A stretch of 61,953 nt of DNA, filler included. It is 9 parts of 9 records of this genome, joined end to end, with 100 filler letters (N's around TTAATTAATTAA, not from the genome) between each part and the next. Parts side by side here need not be neighbours in the genome. Positions count along the whole stretch, not along the records: positions 23,592 to 37,318 come from SRR7504441_1664; positions 37,419 to 48,567 come from SRR7504441_1666; 7 more parts are not named here. One strand, 5' to 3'. Below the pieces are notes generated by a model. That model saw only the letters and a list, made by a program, of their open reading frames with translations, had not been told where the DNA came from and ran no database searches. Below, one piece after another: positions 25,355-37,976 of the stretch; within the stretch, counting starts at the first letter, position 1, and each line of letters starts with the position of its first letter. The position numbers and the translations under genes are program-made.

Positions 25355-28300
25355 TTAGGGTTCTATCGTAAACTGGGCATGCATCTCATCAGGACCTCCT
25401 TCGCTTCCATCCATTAGCTCAAGGACCTTTGCTTCCATCCGGAACCCTACCATTTCGGGTTGTGAGATCTCGTAGTCTTTGAACGCGGGAAGTGGCCCGA
25501 TTCTAAATATTGAGCCATCAATTACAGAAAACTGGGCCCCCTGGTTACTGTAAGATGATAGAAATGCAATTACGGTGTTTGCAAATCCATGAGGCTGAGT
25601 GCTATCTGTGTAAATTCCGCGGCCTAGTCGTTGGTAGGCACTGACCTGGTCCAGTGCCTTGTACTTGCGCCCATCCCCATTGATGGTCTGGTGCGGGTTG
25701 ATTCTATACTCAATTACCCCTCCTCCTGCTCTGATCATTGTTGCATTTGCACGGCCCGGTGATGAAAAGAGCGAACCAGTTGGAAAGCTTCGAATGAAGA
25801 AGCGCATAAAACCTACTCCTGTAGGACCAGAATAGGCAAAACCACTGTTGACTGATGCCTTAGGTATGTCTAGCCGAACCTCGTCAGGAAATGTGATAGA
25901 GATGTTTGAAGGAGGCATTCGGATGGTCAGACATGTGCGCGCTTCATTCATCTCCGTAAAGTCACCCCAGTTGCTCACAAGACGGGGTTTTATTTCTGCA
26001 TTCCAACCCCGGGGATTGCCATTTCGTCGACATTGACCGGCTCTGCCTCGAGCAAACTGCCTCCAAGCTTAGGCTTTAGAATGATTGGTCGAAAAGGGTG
26101 GTCTGTTCCTAGAGTTGTCAACCCAGCTGGAATGGTTAGAGAGAACGTCTCTGGGTATTCAATGTCATAGCTGTCTGTTCCTAATCCAGACAATATTGGT
26201 AGCTGTATGCGTAAAGTAGAGCTATTGTCCACCAGGGCAAGATAATCATTCGGTTTTTCCTGCAGAATTGGAATAAGCCTCTCCACCCATCCTGCATAAA
26301 ACTTATGAGAGGCAGTAATTTTCATGCCATAAATCAGCGTCTGCCTTGTTTCATAAGTAAGCTCCTTATATTTGTTCATGGACATCCGAAAATCAATGTA
26401 AGCGCCCCCTCGCTGGAGGGTGATCTCTTCGATTTCGGCTACATTCCAGTTTGGAGAACTGACTGCGTTCGATCTGATTGGAACAACAGCAGTGCCAGTT
26501 GCAGTTGCTCGGCGAATCATGAACTGTGCAACTTGTGGATAAGCGGTGCCCTGCTGTGTCACAACACCTGGTATTCCAACAGATATTGTCTCTCTATCCT
26601 CCACAGAGTAACTTTGCCATCCAGCAAACCCAATGTGAGCCTCTCTTTGATCTGATGATAGGGATATATTTCCTCGCCACTGTTTCATCAATGGCTTTCC
26701 GACCGTCTCGAATTTGCTTGCTGCACCAATTGTTACAAAACCCTTCTCTACAATCGCATCAAGGACTTGGTACTTGCGGAATGGCCAAAAGTCGTCCTCC
26801 AATTGAGTCACTAGTGACGTTGGAAAAGCCGGCCACTGTTCAACCAGAGGCCCATCTGCAGAAAGGATTGTATCGACCTCTTGGTGTGTGAGTTGCCTGG
26901 TGATGTTTCGGGACATTGGGCAACAAACACCAGGCGTGCTTGACCTTGATAGACGGAGCCAATCAAGAAGTCTGCGCGCATCTATCTTTGTCCATAATGG
27001 CGCATCTGTCAAATTAACATCCAATTCGGAGACTGACAACACTCTGCTTGCATCTGCAGATGTTGGCATCGAAGCAAACAGCATCTTGTTCCGCATTATG
27101 TTTGCGCCTGGCAAAAGAAGCGCAGTTTGAAGAGTATCTGCAAGGGACCAAATTGAGATGTCTGTATTCCCTTTCACGCTGTGAGATAACGTGTTGTCAC
27201 GAAAAATTGGGTGGGTCAGTTGGTTGACAGACGACTGATCCCATTCTAGTTCTTTATCAAAGGACTCGGCAAAATAATTGGCATATTCCTGCTTCCACCG
27301 TGCATCTGAGGGAACTCCATCTATCAGCTTGTATTTGAGCAAGGTGTTTGTGTACTTGTAATTTGCTATTCCAGCATCTGCTCCCTCTGCAACCCCCTCT
27401 CCGGCACGCGTATCAAGATAGAAACCCCCTGTGCCATTATTGAGCCAGATATGGTCATACCTTCCCCCCGTTGCTACTGCAAACAAGTCTTGGTCGCCAT
27501 CCTTATCAACATCCCCAACAACAATTCCCCGACCTGGGAGGGACCCAAGATGCTGTCCAGAGGAAGAAAATCCAGGGATTTCAGCTGTGAAAGTGTTGGA
27601 TCCAGTGGCACTGCTATTGCTGAAGAAGACTGAGTGACCAACAACATCTGTGCTCACAAACACAATGTCATTATAGCCATCTCCGTTCAAATCCGACACT
27701 TCAGCGTTTGCTGTACACTCTAGCACTTGGTTGGCACATCCGTGCGTGATTTTGCGGCTCAGAGCAATTGTCTTGATATCAACGCGAGTATGGCTGTAGT
27801 CATTAGTGTAATACCAACTGAGATTCTTAGGAGTTAATCCTGACTGGTCTTCAGCCATGTCTCGGATTTTCCATACTTTCAGTGGTGGGCTGTAGGAACC
27901 ACTATAGACGTGAGACGAGCCATTAATGCCTACAAATAATATGTCCTTTCTGACATTCAGGCTCGATTTGAAATCTGCAACAATGACTCGGCATATGCTA
28001 TTGACTTCAGGGAAGATTGTGACACCAGAATCAACAAAAGCAGTTTTGTTTGAATTCAACAATAGCCTGAAGGTACCGCCAGCCTTACCAACAATGAGGT
28101 CAGGATAGCCATCATTGTTGACATCAGCAACCGTCGCCTGTATTCCATCCCCAGACGGTGTGCTTGGTGCTGCTAAGCATGCAATACACTCTGGTTGCTG
28201 TTCGTTGTGCTCGCTAAGTGGTGAAAGTTTACCAACATGTCGAACAAACACATCGCCATCTACAAAGTAAGGTGGACAAGTGGGGCAAGAAGGAAGCTGA

Positions 28301-29171
28301 AGAAAGAGTACATTTTCCGATCCAAATACAAGAATATCCAGTTTGCCATTGCTGTCAAAGTCAGCCATCACAATGCTGCTGATTGATGCATTGAGCGCTT
28401 TCAGAGCTTCAAAGCGTCTTAGCTTCATGGTGACGTCCACTGGGGTGCCGGTGTCATTCCACATGTCAAGACATCCATACCCCTGCAGCACAGTAGATCT
28501 GTCAGCTTTTAATCCTAAGGTTTCTGTGCACCTTATGACCCGCAACAGCCACAGCTCTTCCATTGCCAAAGAGGTCACCCACAGCAAGAGCAGAGTAATC
28601 AGCTACGCCACCACCCTCCCCCAAAACGTGACCTCTGCGACGATCATCAGGACCCGCAAGCTGATAACATTCAAATGGTGCTCTGAGATGCCGTGAGTGG
28701 GAGCTATCAGCAGTCGGAGTCACTTGAACCCCATAAAGAGTGTATGTACCCTGAGACGGGTGCAGCACGCGAGGCTCGTGATGTGACATGGATGGGCCCG
28801 GTTGGACAACTTTCGTGCCCCATTTCGAATCGTTATAGTGAAGGTCTCGAAAGAGCATGCGAACTTGTGTCCCACCCTCGATTCAAGTTGCCGGCTTGAT
28901 AGCGCGCTAGTGCGCAGTTGGCCGCCGGTGCGCAGCTGCGGTGCCGGGCCCAAAGCTCGAAGCTGAAGCCGGCAGCCCCACCCGAGGGCGAGCTCGAGAT
29001 CGCGGCCACCACACTGTGGTTCTTGCCGTCGAAATCCAACGAGCGCCGCACATCTCCAGTGCAATCTCCCCAGCAGAGCCGCGGGTCGGCTCTCGCGACC
29101 AGCCCCGAGGCCAGCCGGGCGAGCGCCAGCGCCCAGAGACACGCCACCGCTGCAAACCTCGGCCCCGCCAT
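25355..29171 (-). CDS. Large secreted protein: truncated LamG-like start, FG-GAP/VCBS repeats and four ~120-aa beta repeats; frameshifted
   Basis: Signal peptide; ADFDSNGKLDI, ADVNNDGYPDL, DLNGDGYNDI, GDVDKDGDQDL; one 49-nt intron near 28500; frame breaks at about 26015 and 28875. Confidence 0.75.
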
Positions 29172-29337
29172 TCCTCACCCGCCCCGTGCCCACCCCACAA
29201 CTGCTGGCCCCGTGGCACCAGAACTGCCAGTGGAGCCAGGCATGGCCACCACTGGCACTGAAGCAGTTTTGCCGTTGCACCAACGGACACGGGCTCGGTG
29301 CTCCCTCGACTCGGGCACGACCATCATCGCATCTAGC

Positions 29338-30545
29338 ATGCTACGAGCCGCGGGACTGAGCCTGGTGCGCGCCGCGGCGGCGGGACTGAGGAACCGGGGC
29401 TCACCCGCCGTCTGCCGGCGCGTGGGCTTGGCCGGCGCGGGCCTGGCCGCCGCAGGGTGGTCGCACCAGGCGGTGCGGGCCGAGCAGCCTTCTGCCCCAT
29501 CCACCGCGGACGAGATCGCTGCCGCCCGCGAGCGGGGACGCTCCCAGCTGTGGCCGGCGATCGAGCCGTTCAACAGGTGCGCCGGCTCAGCTGCCCAGCC
29601 GCCTGACCGCGGGTCAGTGGAGTGCTCCGAGTGCCCACCAGCGAGGGCGGGGTTGTGCACGAGATCTATTACGAGGAGTGCGGCAACCCGGCCGGCAAGC
29701 CGGTGGTGATCGTGCACGGCGGGCCGGGCGGCGGGTGCAGCCCTAAGTACCGCCAGTTCCACGACCCACAGGTCTACCGGATAGTGCTGTTCGACCAGCG
29801 AGGTTGCGGCCGGTCCAAGCCGCACGCCGAGCTGACCGAGAACACCACCTGGCACTTGGTGGCCGACATGGAGCGGCTGCGCGAGCGGCTGGGGATCACC
29901 AAGTGGCAGGTATTCGGGGGCTCGTGGGGCTCGACCCTTGGACTGAGCTACTCGATCAGCCACCCGGAGGCCGTGAGCGAGATCGTGCTCCGCGGAATCT
30001 TCATGCTCAGGAGGGCCGAGCTGCAGTTCTACTACCAGGACGGGGCCTCGCACATATACCCGGACCGATGGGAGGAGTACCGGGACGCGATCCCGATCGC
30101 CGAGCGGAACGACTACATCCAGGCGTACAGGAAGCGGCTGATAGGAGATGATTATGCGGAGAAGATCAAAGCAGCCCGGGCCTGGACTCGATGGGAGAAC
30201 AACACCAGCAATCTGACTCCGCCGGCCGGACCGGTGGCCGGGGACGACGACGCGCACGCGCTGGCGTTCGCTAGGATTGAGAACCATTTCTTTGTGAATG
30301 GCGGCTGGTTCCCTCATGAGAGCTGGATCCTAGACAACGTGCACAAGATCCGGCACATCCCTGGATTCATCGTGCAGGGCCGGTATGACGTGGTCTGCCC
30401 GGCCCGGTCGGCCTGGGAGCTGCACCGGGCCTGGCCCGAAGCCAAGTTTGAGCTGATTCAGGACTCGGGCCACTCAGCCATGGAGCCCGGCAACAGAGCG
30501 GCGCTGCTGGACGCTGTCGAGCGGTTCAAGCACTTGCCGTTCTGA
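29338..30545 (+). CDS. pip: Proline iminopeptidase (S33), with transit-peptide-like N-terminus
   Basis: HGGPGGG, FDQRGCGRS, GGSWGS, QGRYDVVCP, SGHS; one 41-nt intron after AACAG near 29577. Confidence 0.95.
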
Positions 30546-30966
30546 GCTCAACGGACCGGAGGCGCTCAACTACCAAATGGTATCATGTTTGATCACACAT
30601 CTGATTTTCATTGAATCCGGTTTTAATTCTTTTGTAGTGCGGTTCTGTCAAGACCATCACAATGATTAAAAGTTTACGAATCGGTTTATTGATGAAATTA
30701 CAATTGGATCATCTCTGTTATTTGGCTAGATTACATGCATTGTACATAGTTACGTGCGCTTTCAATTCAGTATCAATCCTGTCGTCGTGAGTCGTCTGAA
30801 CAACAATTATAGCTCGCTTTGAGCATTTATCACGGTGCCGCCTGCTTCGCCTATTTGATGGTCTAGCCAGTGCAGGCTGGCAATGCGCATGCATGATCCG
30901 AGGCAGCCCATGCTCCGGAGTGCTTATATACTTACGGGGTACTGACTTATTGCTGTAACGTGTGAC

Positions 30967-32182
30967 TTAAGCGTGAAGACGCTGGGCCATGGCTGGGCTG
31001 GTGTTGACATGCCGTCGAAGTTTGACAAGTTTGTTTATGTGGCGAGCATAAGTAGGTCCGTGAGATCTGGCCAGACTGAGCAGCTCACTTATGTACCTGT
31101 CCTCATCCACAGCAGCCCAGCGCGCCATGACTGCCGCCACCGACCAGTTGACGATCGCCACATCGATGACTTGTCCAACCTGCAGGATTGCTTCAATCCC
31201 CTCGAGGACATCCTTACATGCAGCCCCGATCTCGTTTAGACCACACTCACATGCGCTGCATATGCTCTGGCCGGCCTCGAGTTCTCGGTGCAGCAGCGAG
31301 ATAGCGGATTCCGACCACGGGCCGGCTGCTGAGCCGGACATCGGCAACGGATCAGCCTGGTCCATGGACCCAGCATAGCCAGATCTCACGGCCCTAGTTA
31401 TCCTGGTCCGTTGCATAGCCAACGTGAGCATTAGTTGATGCCGGCGAGAGAAGATGCAGCTGTCTGGACAGGCACAGTCCCTGTCATGCGCCACTGCGCG
31501 CGGTCGAATCTGGCGGCCGAAGTAGGAGCGCAGGCACTGCTCCAATAGGATGCACTGAAGCAGCCTCGGCGTATCGTCCGGGACGCTCGGGGGTGCCTCG
31601 GGCTGGTCGGCGGGCTCGAGCTCGGCCCGGCACATGGGACAGGAGGGGTTCTCCTTCAGCCAGTGGCCCAGGCACTCCGAGTGGAACCGATGGCCGCAAG
31701 GCAGCTCCAGAACCTGCCGCAGCCTCAGCGCTATGCGGTGCCATGCGGGCAAGCACCGTCAGCTGTCCCTGGAGCGGAGCCAAGCACATCGGGCATTCTT
31801 GCTCCTCGGCCGAATGGTCCACCACCGCCAGCAATGCCGCCTCGGGGTGGTGAAGCCGGGCGTTCCCCAATACCGGGACCAGCTGCAGGCTGCGCTGCCG
31901 CCCGGCCACCGAGAGTCCGACCATCTGGAACGCCTCCGCCCAGACCTGGGAGCGCACCAGCCGGCTGAGCGGATCGCCCTCTGCGCGCACCAGCGCCCAA
32001 TGCGAGACCAGGCCCGAGGAGCTCGAGCTCACCCGGCTCGGCATCTCGCAGTGGCCGCGATCGGGGAACCGGCCGACCATCTCTCTGGCCGAGCGCGCCC
32101 TCGCCACCCGGCGCTCGGCGGCATCGAGCACACTCTGGTGCCGGGCGAGGTTGTCGTCCAGAGCTCTCGCGAACACCTCCAT
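30967..32182 (-). CDS. RING-H2 E3 ligase-like protein
   Basis: CPMCL...LPCGHRFHSECLGHWL..NPSCPMCR once a 43-nt intron is removed. Confidence 0.88.
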
Positions 32183-32672
32183 TCACCCGAGGTGGTTCAG
32201 CTCAATCGAAGATGAGTCCCCAACCTCCTCCGTGCATTGTCTGCTGGGGGCTTGATTGAACACTTGCAGGGGCGATTAGACTACCTGTACTTAGTACTTG
32301 TACAAGACCTGTAGTAGCTACTCGTACTCGCACGAGGCTAAGTTAGGATTCATTCATATTGCACGATTCGTGTCAGATTCGCAGCATTACAATTATACAG
32401 CAAGTACCGGTACAACTGTACTTTAATTAATTTCTCAAGCCTGCAAAACCGGTACCTGATTGAAATAACCAAGAGAAAGCCTCCATACAAACCATTACAA
32501 ATTTCTAGGGTGTCTCTACACGTTTCTAGGGTGGTTCTAAACCGCACATTGCAGGAGGGAAGGATGCAGTGAATTCATCTGATTCTTGGAACAACTTTGT
32601 CCGCCACTCTGTCAGTCCTTTTCGCGAGTACAGTACAAGTGAAGCTTTCACAACGACGGCGTGGGAATTTCA

Positions 32673-34416
32673 TCAATCGAAGATTTGAATGATGCTCACC
32701 TGAGGACCGCGGCAGCAAGGACAGTTGCTCTCGTTGACGGTAAATTTAGCCGCGCACCCCATGCAGAGGCACTTGTGTCCACACGGCACAATCGCATGGC
32801 TCCTCCGTCCATCCATACAAATCACACACCGTTCATTGTCAAAGAAACTTTCAGGCGGAGCCAATTGGTTCAGAGGCTTTGCATCGGCGGTGGAAGCTCG
32901 GAGGAGGGGCGCCTGGCAGCCGAGCAGGGACCTGATCGCATTGGACATTGTGCACTGGCCTGCCGTCTTTCCGTTGGCAGCCTTGATCGTCGGGTCGGCA
33001 CCTGGCCCAGCCTTCCATCGCCGCCATACTCGGGGGGCAGCACCCGCGTCGAGAAGCAGCGCTGTCGCGTGCTTGTCGTTTTGCTCCGCAGTCACGTGCA
33101 GGCAGGTTTCGCCGTCCTCATCCAACGCATTGATAGCGGCTCCAGAGCTCAGCAGCATTTGAATGATCTCCGGATCTCCCCTGCGAGCCGCGAGGTGCAG
33201 CGGCGGAGTCCCGGATTGGGAGCCGTTCGGGTTGGCGCCTGGCACAAGCGGTGATGGGCTGCGGGCTGGGCTTCACCTTGCTCCAGCATTGTCTTCACGA
33301 ATTCGGCCGGCACGTTGTACCCGCCGGTGCCCTCCCGCTCGGGGTTGTACGCCACCAGCGCCCAGTCCAGAGCCGTCTTCCACTCGTCAGGCTCTGTGGC
33401 GGTCGCGTTCAGATCAGCCCCGGCAGCCTTGAGCGTCTCGACGATCCTGCTGCACTGCCCGAACTCGCTCTCAGGCGAGGCGCACATCCAGATCAGCGGC
33501 GTGTGCCCGAGCTCAGCCCGCGCATTCGGGAGCGCCCCGCGAGCGAGCACCAGCTCGATCAGATCCGGGTCGCCACGAGAGGCTGCGCAATGAAGCGAGG
33601 TTCGGCCATCGTCGCACGGCAGGTTCACGTCCGCCCCTAGAAGTGCAAGGATGAGCCAGCCCGGGGGGGAGCTGACCGGCATCCAGCAGGGCCCGAATGG
33701 CTTGAATTGGCGCCTGCTTGTAGATCGCCCAGTGCAGAGCCGTCAGCCCGCACTGTTGATCGACCGCATCAAGATCGGCGCCCGCCGCCAAAAACTGGTT
33801 CAACACGGCAGCAGGGAAGCACCGGGGCCGATCCGGCAGCTCGTCCTCGACACACTGATACATATGCACCAGAGGCGTCTGCCCGTACTCGTTCATGCCG
33901 TTGGGCAGCGCCCCGTGCGCGAGCAGGGCCCCGACGAGCCCAGGATCCTCCCGCCGAGCCGCGATGTGCAGCGGCGTGCAGCCGCAGCTCTGGGGCAGAT
34001 TGACGTCGGCGCCTGCCCCGAGGTCAGAAGATATCGCCCGTCCCGCGACCGGCGAGGATCAGCACCTCGACCGCCAGCGCGGGCACCGCGAAGCTGTGCC
34101 GGTCGGCCGGGGTAAGGATAGCCCACTCGAGCACGGTGCCCCCGCGCTCGTCCCGGCCGGCCAGCTGGCGGAGGGTCGGGATCATCTCGATGGTGAGCTG
34201 GCCGGTCTGACCGATCTCGCGGACGAGTTGCATCAGCGGGCGGGAGGCGTTCCGGAGCGGCCCGCCGGCTTGCCGGAGCCAGCCTGCCACTTGGATCAGC
34301 CCAGAGCTGATCTGCTCGAGCTGGGCCGGCGAGAGCCGCCGCTCGAACAAGCCCGCGGGCCGGTCGTCCCGGGTGCGCCCGAAGAGTCTCGCGTACATCC
34401 CATTCAGCATGCTCAT
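32673..34416 (-). CDS. Ankyrin-repeat protein with C-terminal RING-HC (XBAT/MIB-like)
   Basis: TPLH/GADVN repeats; CVICMD...PCGHKCLC..C...CPCCR; 4 introns. Confidence 0.9.
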
Positions 34417-34491
34417 GTTGTTCAATCCGAACCGGCCCAACCCGGGGCGTATCCGTTACAGTTCCGTTACCTTCATTCGAGTCGGAGAGCG

Positions 34492-36422
34492 ATGCCGGAG
34501 GGACAAGGTGGAGGCCGGCGGCGCGGGGGTTTTCACTCGAAGCGGGGCGGGGATCACGGGCATCGGGGCGGGGGGCAGCAGCAGCAGCAGCAGCCGATGC
34601 AGATGATGCACTGGCACCAGCAGTCGGCCCAGCAGCAGTGGATGCAGCAGCAGCAGCAGCAGCAGCAGGCCCGACCGTTGCTCCCGCCGGAGCGTCACCC
34701 GGGGTTTCAGCGGCACAGCTTCGCCGGCGAGGCCCATGGCTCGCTCCCGCCCCCGCCGCCCTCGGTGCAGGCCGGGTCCACATACTACGGGCAAGCGCCG
34801 CAGCAGCGCCAGAAGGGCAGGCTCGGTTCGGGCCGCGAGCTCGAGTCGTACTTTATGTCCGAGCCGTTGCGACAAGGTGCGGCCGGGCCCGGGGCGCCGA
34901 CCAGCCGCTTTGGCAGAGCTGGTGCGGCGGAGCCAGCAGCGTTTCCAGTGCTACCCGCAGGAGATGGACCCTCTGGACGGGGTGCAAGTGGACCGCTATC
35001 TCAACCTGCTCGAGCTGGACACGATGCGCGGCCGGGCGATCGACCCGAACAAGGTCTACTCCGGGCTCACCGCCCGGGTGTTCCGTTGCGTCGACAGCTC
35101 AAACGGTGCGCCGCCGGCCAGCCTTTCACTAGCCCCGGCCAGGCCAGATGTGCGTGGTGCGCAAGCTCGAGAGCTTCCAGCCGAGCGGGCGGGTGGACAT
35201 GAGCCCGCTCGAGCAGTGGAAGAGCGTGCGCCGGCCGCGGGGCCTGGGGGCGAGCGCCGGGCGCAGGTGGTGCACCCGAACATTGTGAGGCTGCACTCGG
35301 CATTCACGAGCAATGCGATCGAGGACAGCTCGGCGCTCTTCTTCGCGTACAGCTTCCACCCGGGCTCGGTCACGCTCGAGCAGCGGTCCGGCCGCGGGCG
35401 GTGCCGGGTCTAGCCTGTGCGGGGCAGCATCCTGGACTCTCCGATGAAGCCTTCGGAGGCGTCGATCTGGAGCATTGTGTGCCAGCTGGTGTGCGGGCTG
35501 CGCGAGCTGCACATACAGAACCTGGCCTGCCGGGTGCTGCTCCCGAGCAAGGTGCTGGTCTCCGGCCGGTCGTCTGTCAGGATCAACTGCGTGGGCATCC
35601 TCGACCTGATTGCGCCGAGCAGCTCAGAGCTCGCGCAGCTCTTTTTGGAAGATCTAATCGCGCTCGGGCAGCTGCTCCTCCAGCTCTGCTGCCGCAACCT
35701 GGCCGCCGGCTCGCCCGAGCACATGCAGCACTCTCTAGAGAGCCTCGAGGGCCAGTACTCTACGGAGCTCCGGAACCTGATCTGGCAGCTGCTCTCTTCA
35801 GGTGCCCCAGACCCATGCCGGGCCGAGCGGGGGGGCAGCCCAGAAGCAGATGACCGTGCTGGACGTGAGCACGCTGATCTCGGGCCACGTGATGTCCGAG
35901 CTCGAGGAGGCGAACAGCCAGTGCTCTCAGCTTGAGACCGAGCTGAGCTCCGAGCTCGAGAACGGCCGGCTGGCGCGGCTGATGGTCCGGCTTAGCAACG
36001 TGTGCCAGCACCCGCTGTTCGGGCAGTACGAGTCGGCCGAGGCGCCGTACCTGCTCAAGCTGACTTGGGACTACATCTTCCACCAGACTGACGAGCAGGA
36101 CCGGCCTGTGCTAGAGTACGCGCACGTGCTCGACTGTCTGAACAAGCTGGACATCGGGACAGACGAGCAGCTGATGCTGGTCTCCTCAGACGGGCAGGAC
36201 CTGCTCTGCGTCTCGTGGCGCGACATCAAGCAATGCCTAGACAAGGCGACCGGTGAGCTGATCGCCGCCTCGGCCGACTCACGCAACGTGTACACCGAGC
36301 TCGAGGCGCCCTCCACCGACTGGCTGCCCCAGCTGCAGCAGCCGGAGTGGCAACCGGATGCAACCGAGTTTGCGGGCGAGGAGTACCAAGAGGGCTATGA
36401 CCAAGGCTCGTACGATTACTGA
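34492..36422 (+). CDS. PAN3: PAN3 deadenylase subunit (pseudokinase), 5 introns
   Basis: HPNIVRL, LACRVLLPSKVL, ELENGRLARL, DYIFHQTDE, HVLDCLNKLDIG; poly-Q N-terminus. Confidence 0.93.
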
Positions 36423-36657
36423 GCCGTTGAGGGCTCCGTTGTTGTATAGATCTAAAGTAAAACTCGGCACTGAAAACTCCGCACGACCTTACTTAATGAT
36501 ATATTAATGATAGGAACCCCACGGCATTCTGCGGCTCGTCTCGTCGACTCTTTACGAGTTCGCGCACTCTACTCGTCATTCTATGCAACAATTATAAATT
36601 ATTTATACTTGGCGATACGGAGCCTGAGTGACTCTTGAAGGCAAGCCGGTCGAATTG

Positions 36658-37152
36658 ATGGACTTTGCGGCCTACCGCAGGGGCTACGCGAGTAGGGCGG
36701 AAAGCGGGCAACCGGTGGAGGACGGGCTTACGCCGGTGGGCCCAGACCAGCCAGTCTGGCTGGCCGAGGACGAGCTGCCGGTCACTGTGGCCTACCCCAA
36801 GCCGGTCGACCAGCAGGGCCTAGGCGCGCTCCCCGGCCAGCCGCACGGCACGCTCACCGTCATCGCCCGCCGGACAGACTCGACGCGCCAGCTGCGGGCG
36901 GCGGTGGCCCGAGCGCTCCGGCTGGCCGGGTGCGGTGGGCGGGCGGGGGCGCTGATCTGGCGAGGCAAGCCGCTGCCCGAGCTGGGGGTGCTGCAAGATC
37001 TTGGGCTGGACGGCCCCGCCGCGATGGGGATCCAGATCGAGGAGCCGTTCGAGCGGCAGGTGGAGCGGCTCGACCAGCAGGAGAAGGACCGGACCGCGGT
37101 GCTCCAGGCGCTGCAGGCCAAGCGGCGGGCGCTCGAACTACGCGCTCGATAA
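36658..37152 (+). CDS. Small protein with a divergent ubiquitin-like fold
   Basis: LIWRGKPL..LGVLQDLGL pattern; C-terminal coiled coil. Confidence 0.55.
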   Translation: MDFAAYRRGYASRAESGQPVEDGLTPVGPDQPVWLAEDELPVTVAYPKPVDQQGLGALPGQPHGTLTVIARRTDSTRQLRAAVARALRLAGCGGRAGALIWRGKPLPELGVLQDLGLDGPAAMGIQIEEPFERQVERLDQQEKDRTAVLQALQAKRRALELRAR

Positions 37153-37418
37153 CAATAAATAAATATCAACCCGTTCACTGCAAGCAATTACATATATGGT
37201 ACAACTGTAGCAATGATCTTCATGGCGCGAGGCTCGGCCATTTGAAAGAAATGCAAGGATGCACCCAACGCTACGATGGGACATGATAGCATTGCTTGGT
37301 TACACTTAGTACGTACAANNNNNNNNNNNNNNNNNNNNNNNNNNNNNNNNNNNNNNNNNNNNTTAATTAATTAANNNNNNNNNNNNNNNNNNNNNNNNNN
37401 NNNNNNNNNNNNNNNNNN

Positions 37419-37626
37419 GGTCGCACTCGAGAACTTCAAAGGATACGCTGAAGGGGCTGCTGACGCCAAGGAGGCACTCGATAACTTTAAGGGGTACGCT
37501 GAGGGGGCTGCCGACGCCAAAGAAGCGTTCGGCAACTTGCAGGGATACGCCGAGGGCGCTTCCGACGCCAACGAGGCGCTCAGTCAGCTGCGAGGGCATG
37601 CTAACGCAGTCTCGCCACGGCATTGA
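37419..37626 (+). CDS. C-terminus of a 17-aa tandem repeat protein
   Basis: (ALENFKGYAEGAADAKE) x about 3.5; 51-nt period with many synonymous differences between units. Confidence 0.7.
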
Positions 37627-37976
37627 GTTGATGACACGACCTCATGATCAAGTTCGTTGTTGACAAGTACGTAGATAGCCAGGTAGTCCATGCATGAATA
37701 AAAATGGATCTTTAGTCATTGTATTTCGATATGAATTTGGGACTAAGGCGCGCGTGAATTTACATGTAAGCATGAATTTTTGTCGGTTTGACTACATGTA
37801 CATGTAACAGCCAACCTCCCAAATCTAAATGTAAGAGCCCACGCTCATGTAAGCTTAGTTGATGAGTGCTCGATGCATGCATGATTGTACGTAACAATTA
37901 CGAGTACGTACTCCTACTTGTACATTCGAGTAATTGTACAAAATAATTTAATAACTATTCACAACATTATTAATAA

